Shown here piece after piece: positions 36,101 through 64,000 of a stretch of 64,000 nucleotides of DNA. The position numbers and the translations under genes were made by a program. This DNA is from Lama glama (lineage: Eukaryota). The notes beneath the pieces are model-generated. The model had not been told where the DNA came from and did no database searches. It saw only the letters and a program-made list of their open reading frames with translations. Every line of letters starts with the position of its first letter. Positions within the stretch are counted from its first letter, which is position 1. The stretch is taken from contig CM052832.1 in the NCBI GenBank assembly GCA_028534125.1, positions 9,922,001 to 9,986,000 on the forward strand, in the 5' to 3' direction.

Positions 36101-36897
36101 AAGCCCCTGCTTATGGTTATTATTTTTATGGGGCATTTCAGCCTTCTTTCTTTGGTTCCCTCTGTCCTCAGTGCCTATTCCAAGGCCCTCATTCTGCCTA
36201 GACAAGAATGGCAGCTGGAGAACTCTGAAGCCAGGCCTGATTCCTGGCTCTGAGGCACTCTGTACCTCAGTTTCCCCTTTGGGAGACTCCAAGAAGGGGT
36301 GAGGGGAAAGCCAAAGTGAATAGTGTCGCTAGAAAGCTGAGACTAAGCCACAGAGCTGCCCCTTCCCTTCCCCCACTGCAAACCACAGATTCCTTATTCT
36401 TAACACTTCATCCATTAGCCTCTGACCCCTGAGTTTCTGTTTCCTCATCTGTAAAACGGGGATAGTTACAGTAGATAATGCAGAGCTGTTGTGAGAATTA
36501 CATGAAGCATAAAGCTTCTAGAATAGCTTATGGTACGTGATAAGGGCGCACTCCACGTTAGTAATTACTATTACCATTATCAATCTTTACTGGGCCCTTT
36601 GCGGTGCCAGGGTACTAGATCCAGAGACGCCTTCTCTCTAGCTCTCTCTAATCTCTCTTGCCTTCTCCTGACTGTTCAGGGTGCCCCATAGGTCAGTCAC
36701 AAGTTGGAGGGGGCTGGAAGTCCTCAAACAGCAGAAAGAACCCTTTTCCTGCCCTTGGCTAGAGACTGCTCTCTGGGACATGGGGTTGTAGAGCTGCTGT
36801 TGTCCCAGGAACCTGAGCGCCCTCTCCCCACAGTCCCACCTCCCCTCTTCCCCTGGAGGGCAAGTTTGCCCAAAGAGGAGCAAGTCCGCTTTGTCTA

Positions 36898-36916
36898 GAG
36901 CGCCCTCTGCTGGCCA
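36898..36916 (-). promoter_or_regulatory. CTCF binding motif
   Basis: TGGCCAGCAGAGGGCGCTC, a near-perfect match to the core consensus TGGCCASYAGRKGGCRS. Confidence 0.75.
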
Positions 36917-37766
36917 TTGGCAAAGGCCTTGGGCAAGGGGGGCAAGTTAAAGGTTAGGGGAAAGACCTGACCAGGAGGGGAAGGGGTCTTCTACCCAATG
37001 CAGAGCCCAGAGTGCTACCTTCTTGCCCTCAAAATGTCCAGCTTGAGGTATCCTTTTCTTACTTTTTCCTTGCTGGCCTGAGAACAGTTTCCAAAAATAG
37101 CTTCTCTTCCCGGTTAAGTGCAGAAAAACTCAGACCAGGACAAGCGGACAACCTGCTCCCGATAGCTGCACATAACAGTAGGAAAGACAGGCTAGACAAC
37201 ATGTAGAACTTCCTGACAGCAAAACATGATTTGGGTGGGTTGGGGGAGTTGGTTCTTATTTAGAAGAAAGGAATGATGTAATGATGGGTGTGTGTGGGGT
37301 GCCGTCCTATGTGGGATCTGTCAGATCAGTAAGGAAAGTAATTATTGCATCTGTAAGCCCAATGCACTCAGAAGATGGAGCTCCGCAGCATCCTTTTGTT
37401 TCTTAAATTGTAAGACCTTCTCCTTTACCAATACCTAGGACAGATCTTTATGCCATAACCAAATGCACTGACCAGACATTTGTCACATCCCTGTGGGGAG
37501 GAATAAAAGAACTCCAGTAGAAGCAAGATAAACTGAAGTTAGACCACTGGAAGGACTGTCCTGAGTGAGGCTGGGTGTAGTCTTATTCCTTAAGAGTCTC
37601 TAGCATGGGAAGGCTGCTCCTAGGGCCAGCTGTAGAACAACTTGCATGGGTGGGGTAGGGAGCTGGGAATTTGGCAGACAACACCTCTGGATTCTCTAGA
37701 AGGTTGCTGGGTCCTGAGGGGCAGATGGGGAGGGGAAGTGGCTGCAGTGAAACTAAGGGTAATTGT

Positions 37767-37772
37767 TTTATT
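37767..37772 (-). terminator. Distal polyadenylation signal AATAAA
   Basis: Minus strand caatgcAATAAAacaatt, with an upstream TGTA element and AU-rich context. Confidence 0.65.
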
Positions 37773-39177
37773 GCATTGTAGAGAATGTTGTTGTCCACAC
37801 AGATGACTTGAAGCTGTTTCTACTGTACAGAACCACTGCGGCCTCTCCGGAGGGTGAGGAGGAGCACACTACAATATTAGCAGTGCTTCCTCTTTATAAT
37901 AAAGTCTGGTGGGTGAGCAGGCGTGCAGAGGGCATGGACTCTGAGACTGCATGCTGAGCTCCCCTGGCCTGACCTGGCTGGGCCCCTCCTGAGATGTGCT
38001 AAGGAGGGACAGGGGCTTCACCTCAGGCTCCACACCAGTGCCCAGAGGATAAGGGCGGGGGGTGGGGGTGGACACAGAGAGAAAGTGGAAAGGGAGAGAG
38101 ACAGGACACAGATGACAGTTGAAAGGAGTCTGAAGGGCCCACAGGCCTGAGACCCAGAAGTCAGCGGAGGTGCCATATGAAATGCGCACTCCTGCTGCTG
38201 CTTCCTGCTCTACCTCCCCAACCCAAGCTTGGCTTTCCAAAAGTTCCAGCAGTTTGGGGAGAGGGCAACTGATTCCAGTTCTGCCACTTTCTCAACACCT
38301 TCTGCTCTTCCTCTGCACTCCCAAGTACACACACTCCTGTCTGGGCCCTGTCCTGGAGAAGGGTGTCTACAAGCTGACCATGGTGTTGGGAAGAGGGGAC
38401 TGGTGGATACTCCGTGACAGGCACCGGCAGCAGGTATGGAGTCAGGATTTGATATGAGCTTGTGTGGCAGGGCTGAGGGGGGCCTTACCTTTAATAACCT
38501 GGGCCTCTTCCTCCCTTCCTTCTCTCCCCCAGCTATCTGGGGTCCCCTAGACATGGGCTAGAATAACCCCCTTTCCGACCCAAGCCCACCAGTGCTGACA
38601 CTGCACCCAGGGGTGGCCATGCATCCAACAGCCCTGCCACAAGCATCTCAATGCCACTTCCACATGTGCACGCATGCGTGTGTACACACACACTCACACC
38701 TATCCAGGTAGCCCCCATGAAGACATGGGTGATGGGCCCAGAGGGCACCTGAGCAGGTGGGCAGACATCTCCACGGGTGGTGGCCCTGCAGCAGGAATCT
38801 TTTCCAGGCCTGGAGGAAATCTACCCCTGCTGAAATTGCCCAGCCAGGAACTTGCATTTCAAATCCATGAGGGAACTGGGGCAAGGAGTTGCGACTTTGG
38901 GAGAAAACAATGTTGGAGAGAACTGGTTTGAAAGAAAATACCAGAGAACGCCAAGAGTGGAAGAGGGGGGTACCAGGAGTTGCAGAGGAACCGGAAGGCT
39001 GTGGAAGACTGTGAAAGTGGAGGCGGCCGGGGCTCAAGACCACTCACCACTCGCAGGACGCCCCCTATAGGGCGCCTCCTGCCAACCCCCTCCGCAGCCC
39101 GGGACAGTCTTTGCGGTGTCACGCCCCTGCCCTCCCTCACCTCAGCGACACACGCAGGGCCCGGTGAGTAGAGGACG

Positions 39178-39183
39178 TTTAAT
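39178..39183 (-). terminator. Proximal polyadenylation signal ATTAAA
   Basis: Minus strand cagaaatATTAAAcgtcctc followed by GU-rich tgcgtgtgtcgctg. Confidence 0.6.
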
Positions 39184-40880
39184 ATTTCTGTGCTGGTCAA
39201 ACAGAACACAGGTGGGGAGTACATAGGGAAGGGGGCGGAGGGCCCCCTGCCTCTCGGGAGGGGTGGCTTGTGAAGGGGTGTATGTAGGGGTTTCTTGGGA
39301 TAGTCCAAGGAATCTTCTCAGCAAAGGGGCCTGGCCTGGGGTGTCATCAGCATCTAACACACCCAGTCCTTGGCCCTGAATTGGGGTCCCCCATAGGGGG
39401 TCTGTGGAGAGTCTCACTTTTTTTCCAGCTCTTTGGCTGGAATCCACACTCCCAGTGTGATGGGGACTTGGTCCTGGAGAGGGGTCTGGAGAGTCCCCAG
39501 GGAGCAGCCCAGGGTTGGGAAGAGGGCTCCCACATCCACTGCCCAAGGGGATGAGGGCTGCCCACCTCCTCCCCTCTGCCCTCTTTCCTTCCCCCAGGCC
39601 CAGCAAGACCAGAGGGGAGGGGAGCAGGGTCCTCAGGGTGGGGTGGAGGGAGGGTGGAGAGAGAGGGTCTTGGCCACCAACAGACACTGTAAACTTTGGT
39701 TTAAAACAATAACTTAAGTGGAGGGAGGGCTTCCAGCCTGGGGCCAGGGTGGGGAGGAGCGGGAGGAGCTGGGGGTGTGGGAGGTGACAAAGGAAAAAGC
39801 CAACGAAAAGTTTTGGTTTTTGCTTCCGGCATAAGAAAGGTCTTTGGTCATCCGTGTAACTGGGGGACAGGGAAGGGGTGCCGAGGGTGGGGTGGGGGGA
39901 AGACGCCACGGGGGACCTGAGGGCTGCGGTGGGAGAGACCTGCTGGGTCCCAGCCGCCACTGTATTCACCCCGCCAGCCCCTCAAGCCTGGTTTTAGTCC
40001 CCACTTTCTATGATGGAGGCAGGGTCCTGGCACCATCTCTGGTCCCAACTCCAGCCTCCAGGGTCACTCGGCTGCCTTCAGCAGCTCCACCTCTGTAAGT
40101 CCACCTGGCACAGGCCTCTCTTGGGAGAGGTGGGCACCAGGGCCCCTCCTACGGTTCCTGGCGTGGGGGACAGCATCCAGCAAATGGGGCTGGAGGCCCA
40201 ATTCAGCCTGGGGGGAGGGGCTGGAGCTGGACGCCTAGGCCCACGGCCTCCCCGGGGCACACGACTTGTCCCACCCCAGCTGTGGCTTTCGAATGGGCCC
40301 AGCTTCAGGGGCAGGTTTCTTTTGGAGCTGCTCTAAGACCCAGGCCAGGGCAGGGGTAGGAGTGGAGCTGGAGTTATTTTTTCACAGTATGGACAAGAAG
40401 GTGGAAGGGAGCACAAATTAGGGAAGTGGGGGTCTCTGGCCAGAAAATACTGCCAAAGCCAGGTGCGGGGGGTAGGGGGGGCCCTGGGTTTGAGAGGTGG
40501 CTTAGCCCCGCCTGCGGGTCTCCATGGCACTGAGGGGCCCTGTGGGGAGAGCTGGTGGGGGAGGAGGGCCCTGCGGCTGCTGGTGGTTGCGGGAGGCAGG
40601 CGGGATTCGGATGTAGGGGAAGGTCTGAGGAGGGGTCTGGGCCCTCCGCGTCCTCTGCCGGTCCCAGACCAGGGGTTCTGTGTCCCCTCGGGGGCGGGCC
40701 CTTCTCTGCCCCCCTGAGGGTCGTAGGTCAGTCAGGTCACCGTGGGAGTTGCTGGCCCAGCCCCCCCATCTGAGTCCCGGAAGTGCCTTGAGGTTCGGGC
40801 GGGGCGTGGAGTGGGGGTAGGTGGGGCCTGGGTTGGGGAGGGAGGGGTCTCACCCCTGCCCTGCCTGCCCCTAGAGGCCC

Positions 40881-59309
<18,429 letters not shown>

Positions 59310-59509
59310 TCACAGGGTGCACCTGCGCTAGGGGATAAGGATAAAGGTAGGAGTCACGGGAACAGTCAGGCTTCAGGGATCAGAGCCTGCAGGGAGTCAC
59401 TCTGGGACCTGGTGAAGTTTGTTGGGACTCAATGGGGCAGCAAACGGAAGGGTCAGTGGTCAAGCAAGGACCACTGGAGAAAGGACAGCAGTGGACTCAG
59501 GGTATTAAC

Positions 59510-59700
59510 AGGTACTATTTCTTGAGCATCTACGGTGTGTCAGGCACTCTATAGGCAAGACCTCATCTAATCCTCTCCCAGAGTGTGTGAGGCAGGGATT
59601 ATCAGTTCCATTTTGCAGATGAGGAAACTGAGTCTCCAAGAAGTAACATGCCTAAACTCACACAGCTAGGAGGTGTTAAGGCCAGTAAGCCTGGCTCCGA
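59510..59700 (-). mobile_element. MIR SINE (FOXP4 intron 2)
   Basis: ccattttgcagatgaggaaactgag...cacacagctag. Confidence 0.75.
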
Positions 59701-62564
59701 GGCCATCTGCCTCACTAGGTGGTCTGTCTGGGGGCTAAGAGAGTGCACTCACTTGGAGTCAGAGCACACGGGAAGTGGGTAGTTGATGAGGGTGGAGTCT
59801 AAGGGTCTGAGCACCACATGGCTTTCTGAGCCTGGGAGAGTCTGGGCATATGGCCTTGTGACACTAAGGGAATTTGATTAAGTCCTGAAGGGTGTGTCAC
59901 ACCGCCCATAGTGGTCAGGGCTTGAAGGCCATGGTGGCTTAGACTGCACTCTGAGCTGGTATGGTCATGGGAATGGGAAGTACATGGAGTTTGCAGGAGA
60001 GGTACCTCCGGCCAGTTAGTGGGCCTGGCAGGTGGGCAGATGGGCAGTGAGAGGTTGAGTAGGTCAAGCGGGAGGAGGCCTAGAAAGTTCTCTGTTAAGT
60101 TAGCCAAGCCCTCCATCCCCCCCACTCCAGGCCAGGGAGGGGGCTCAGAGGCAGGGGATGTGGGGACCTGTCCCGAATTTACAACCCAGGAGCACAAAAC
60201 CTGTCTGCCTCCAGGTTCCTCAAAGACCCCCTTGGGGTCCAGAGCAGCTGTGTCCAGGCCTCTGACGGGGTTCTGGCATCAGGGAGACCGAGTCTGAGTC
60301 CCATCTGTGCCACAGCGAACAGCAGTGTGGCCTTGGGCAAAGTTATTCCCCATCTCTGTGCTTCAGGCTTCTGATCTGCAAAACTGGGCCACTCCCACCT
60401 CCAGAATGCTAGCGGGGTTAAAGGACCAATGCTTGGCATTTAGTTGGCATTCGAAAAGTGTCCGCTCCCTTCCCTTCTCGTGAATCCTTCACCTCTGGCC
60501 TCTCCCCAGCGTACCTATTAAATGAAACGTGCTACCTGCGACTCCCACTCTCCCACCTCGAGCACCGGCAAGGTGGACCTGTGAGGTGGGACACGGATGC
60601 ACTCTCCCACACCCCGCCACTCAGCAAACACTGCCGGGCCCGCTGTGTACCAAGCATATGTACACATCCCCTTCACAGCTCTTTCACTGAATAGCTGAGC
60701 TTCCCTGAGGCTTAAGTCTAGTTTACCTTAGGATGGTAGTACCTGAATACACTCGCTGTGTCTATGGGACCGTGTCCCAGGCAGACCTGGGGTCCAGACC
60801 AGCATGCTCCTCACCAGCCCCTGACCCTAGGCCTCCCTCACCCGCCTCTTCCCAGGGACCTCACACCCTGCCTGTGTTTCTTCAAGATTCACATCAGAAA
60901 GTAGAAATCTGACCTTCTGAGTCAAAGGCCCTAAGAGGCTGTGGGAGGGGGTGCAGGGTGAGGAGAGGGAGGTGGCCAGGTGGTCATTTGGAACGGGCCT
61001 CTGCCTCTATGGGCCTCACTTTTAGGGAACCCCCTCTGGGTCTAATGACACAGGTTGGACAGATGCTCTTTGTCCTCTGAAGGTAGAGGTAAGGGAGAGG
61101 GGCCAGAGGGCAAGGTGGGGGAAGAGGATGGCTTACAGGGGCTGGCCAGCTCAGGCAATCCACAGGGGACACTGGTTAGGGTAGGGAGAGGAAGCACCCT
61201 GGATCCCTAGCAGGGAGAAGGGAGACACCAGGGAGGGTTTTCCAGGGGACAGTGGGGGAGCCCCGTGCAGTCTCCTGGTGAGGGGAGTGGCCTGGGGGAG
61301 CTGTTACTTTGTGGTCCCCTGGAGCATGAAATTACAAGATTTATAGGAAAAAATGACAGAGCCTTGCAGTCTCACTCCTGTGAGACCTCCCAGTGACAGG
61401 CCCTTGCCGCCCGCCTCTCACTTTCCTGCCCATTAGACCAGATGACAGGGCACCAGGTGAGACCCTAGGCCTGGTCAGGCGGTCCTCTCCTCTGACCTCC
61501 CGCCTTCCTGCTTCCTATGTGCCAGGGACCCTGCTAGGTGCTGGAGATGCAGAGAAACAACGTGGCCCTGCCCCAGGGGCTCAGGGCCTGGTGCCGTGGG
61601 GACGTCTGTCAGAGACTGAGGCGGAGGTGAACACTGGCACCAGAGCCCAGATGAGGGACGACACTGACTGGAGGCCAGAAGGTCGGGCTCACCGGGTGGA
61701 CGAGAACAGCGAAGGGTGTTTCAGGCACAATGACCCCCACACCACAGACGACAGAAATGGCTGGGGAGTCCGGGGAACTTGAAACCATTTCCAAGGGCAG
61801 AAAATCAAGTTGGGTTTAGGTCAAGTAGCTGGAGAGGCTGGAGGAGCCCTAAGTCAAATCCTCCAGGCACTGCATTCATTCCTTCTTCACTCACATTGGA
61901 TCACTCACATTCACAGCAGCCAGCCACGTACTGGCGCTGTGCTTGGAGAAGACGGGGAGGTGATGGTAGGCAATGCACACTCTTTTCATATAATTTTCTT
62001 GCAGCCCAGCCTTGCCCAATTTGGGACTCAGTGCTATCTAGAGATCACCCTGTAGGTGCCCAGAGGTGGGGGTGATAGGCAGACTCTGGGTTTGGGGTCC
62101 AGATACCTGAGTCCCGGCCCCCCTCCACCCCACTGAGGGGCCATTGCAATCTCATGCACAGCCTGGTGAGGCCTAGGGATGCGCCTTCCGCCAGCTGGAC
62201 TCTTGGCTGTTTTCAGCTGTCTGGATGTGAAGAGGAGGTGCAGTTGTTTGAAAAGCGGGGAGAAGATCAGAAAAAGAATCTCCAAAAGAAAAGTGGGCTC
62301 AGTTTCCCTTCCCTGAGGGCCAGAGATACCCAGATACAGCCTTGAGTGGTATGAGGCGTTTAGAATCCCACCCGGGAGACGGCATCGTGGGAAACCTGGG
62401 GGTAGGGAGGGGGCTCAGGGCAGAATGGGAAATGGGGAGCCATTTGGCCTTTTAAACCTCATTTTCCTCCTCCCTCCATCCATCAAACTGAAAACCAAAT
62501 GCCCAGCTCTGTGGGATCGGGAGTAAGGTCTAGCTTTTCTCTCAACAAGGCAGTACTAGTCCAT

Positions 62565-62830
62565 TCAGTGCCTGGACCCTGGTCAAAAGGATCTGGATCC
62601 AAATCCTGGCTCCACCAAATACTGAGTGACCTTGTGTAAGTCACTTCACAGCTCTGAGCCTCAGTTTCTTCCTCTGTAAAATGGGAACAACCCTGCAGTC
62701 AGCTCACAGATTTGCTGTGAAGAATACACGGGACAATGTACGTGTACTCAGCACAGTGCTGGCTGAGTACAGGGGGTCAGGCACAGGGGGTCCTGGATAG
62801 ACATTAGCTACTGTCATTGTGATTATTAAT
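62565..62830 (+). mobile_element. MIR SINE (FOXP4 intron 2)
   Basis: aaatcctggctccacc...gtgaccttgtgtaagtcactt...gcctcagtttcttcctctgtaaaatggg. Confidence 0.8.
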
Positions 62831-63415
62831 CTCTCACCTTCCCAGGCAGCTCCCGGTCATTTGTCCAGTGCCACCCAGTAGGACTTGTTAACCAATCTCT
62901 CTTCCATCTACACCCACCCCCATTCTCCCTCAAGCCTAAGAACTCAGTCTCACTAATGAAGCCTCACTCTCCTCCCCCCGCCGCCCATTTCAGAAGTCAT
63001 TAGCAGGATCTCCACAATTAGGAACAAATGGCTTATAACGGATGGCATCCAGGGAGGGTGGCTGGGATGGAGGGGAGTGAAGCTAGCGCTTTGAGGGCAA
63101 CAGGGAGCCGCTGTGAAAAGAAAAACAAGTCTTGGGGCAGAAGGATCTCTCATCTTCGGGGTGAGACCACACTCTCATTTCTGTCTTGGAGAATTCTGGG
63201 GAGGAGGCACCCTCTCCGTGGCGGCCAGGTGCAGGGCGTTTACTGGAGGATTCCCGGTCTATGCTCGGGCCCCAGCCTTACTCCGTGAGTGTTTGGGAAG
63301 GTGGGAATGTGATGTTCAGGGAGACAAGCTTGAAGGGCTGAACTTTTGAGAACAGAGGAGCAGAATCACACAGATCGCAGATGTGGTGAACTGGGGTACT
63401 GGAGGGCATCTAGTT

Positions 63416-63636
63416 TAGTGTTTTCCAAATTGTTGGTCATGATCCAATGGTGGGTCAAAATATCAATTTAGAAGGTAAAAAAAAAAGGAAAAATACACAC
63501 AGGCACACACATACGTGAAAAATATCAGAATTATTAGGTAAGCATAAGCATTGTTTCATGCAAATCGGTGTGCTGGGGCCCCAAGTAAAAGGGATTTCTT
63601 ACTGTAGACTCAAGCAAAAAGGTTTGTGAAACACTG
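63416..63636. mobile_element. hAT-Charlie-type MITE inserted in a MIR-like sequence
   Basis: TIRs tagtgttttccaaa...tttgtgaaacactg; 8-bp TSD ATCTAGTT/ATCTAGCT (NTCTAGNN target); MIR core ctttacagatcaggaaacagag follows. Confidence 0.75.
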
Positions 63637-64000
63637 ATCTAGCTCACTTTACAGATCAGGAAACAGAGATACGGAGAGGGGCAGGGACGTACCCATAGTC
63701 ACACAGTGGCAGAAGCAGAACCTGAGTCCCCAGGCCTGACCCAGGGCTCTGCACAGGGAAGAGGAGTGGCCGGGGGCTGGGTAAGCAGGATGGAGGACCC
63801 CCAGCAAATTCCAGCTTAATTCAGACTGTGGTGAAGGGCAGCCAACATAAATCAAACCCAAACTTCTTTTGTGTGAATCTAGTTAATTTTGGCAAAACTG
63901 GGATCTCAACTGTCTTGATAATTAATTTCAGCTGGGGGCTGGCTAGACTTAGAGGAAGGGGCCCTAGGAGGGTGTTCTGGGGGCTGGCCCATCCCAAACC

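Larger units (their letters stand above)
37750..40880 (-). other. FOXP4: FOXP4 3' UTR (about 1.7 kb to the proximal or about 3.1 kb to the distal poly(A) signal)
   Basis: No recognisable interspersed repeats after the stop; miRNA seed matches; ATTAAA at 39178-39183 and AATAAA at 37767-37772. The exact 3' end is inferred. Confidence 0.75.

Noticed and set aside
39142..39969. 275-aa minus-strand ORF in the FOXP4 3' UTR
   Set aside because: Pro/Leu/Ser-rich low-complexity translation with a non-ATG start and no recognisable homology.
62743..62771. 10-bp inverted repeat TGTACTCAGC...GCTGAGTACA
   Set aside because: Short, inside a decayed MIR, and too small for a pre-miRNA.

Overview
Mammalian genomic DNA, most likely a camelid (alpaca/llama/camel), judged from two tRNA-derived Vic-1-type SINEs. 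It matches the FOXP4-MDFI region (human 6p21.1) in reverse orientation. The minus strand carries FOXP4 coding exons 3-17 (59231 down to the TAA stop at 40881) and a long 3' UTR with two poly(A) signals. The ATG-bearing exon 2 lies beyond the right edge. After a repeat-rich intergenic stretch (L1, MaLR LTRs, hAT MITEs, MIR/L2, a 500-N assembly gap) come the MDFI (I-mfa) CpG-island promoter and exons 1-4; the Cys-rich last exon lies beyond the left edge. All coding-exon boundaries were read from the sequence, are GT-AG and keep the frame. I see no prokaryote-style novel system. The best leads are regulatory: a possible non-AUG N-terminal extension plus two uORFs in the MDFI leader, a tailed-mirtron-like hairpin at the end of the last FOXP4 intron, motif-dense intronic elements, a strong CTCF site just past the FOXP4 3' end, clustered miR-9/miR-138 sites and an atypical L1 ORF2 fragment. 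Gene and repeat names come from recognition, not database searches; repeat boundaries are approximate.
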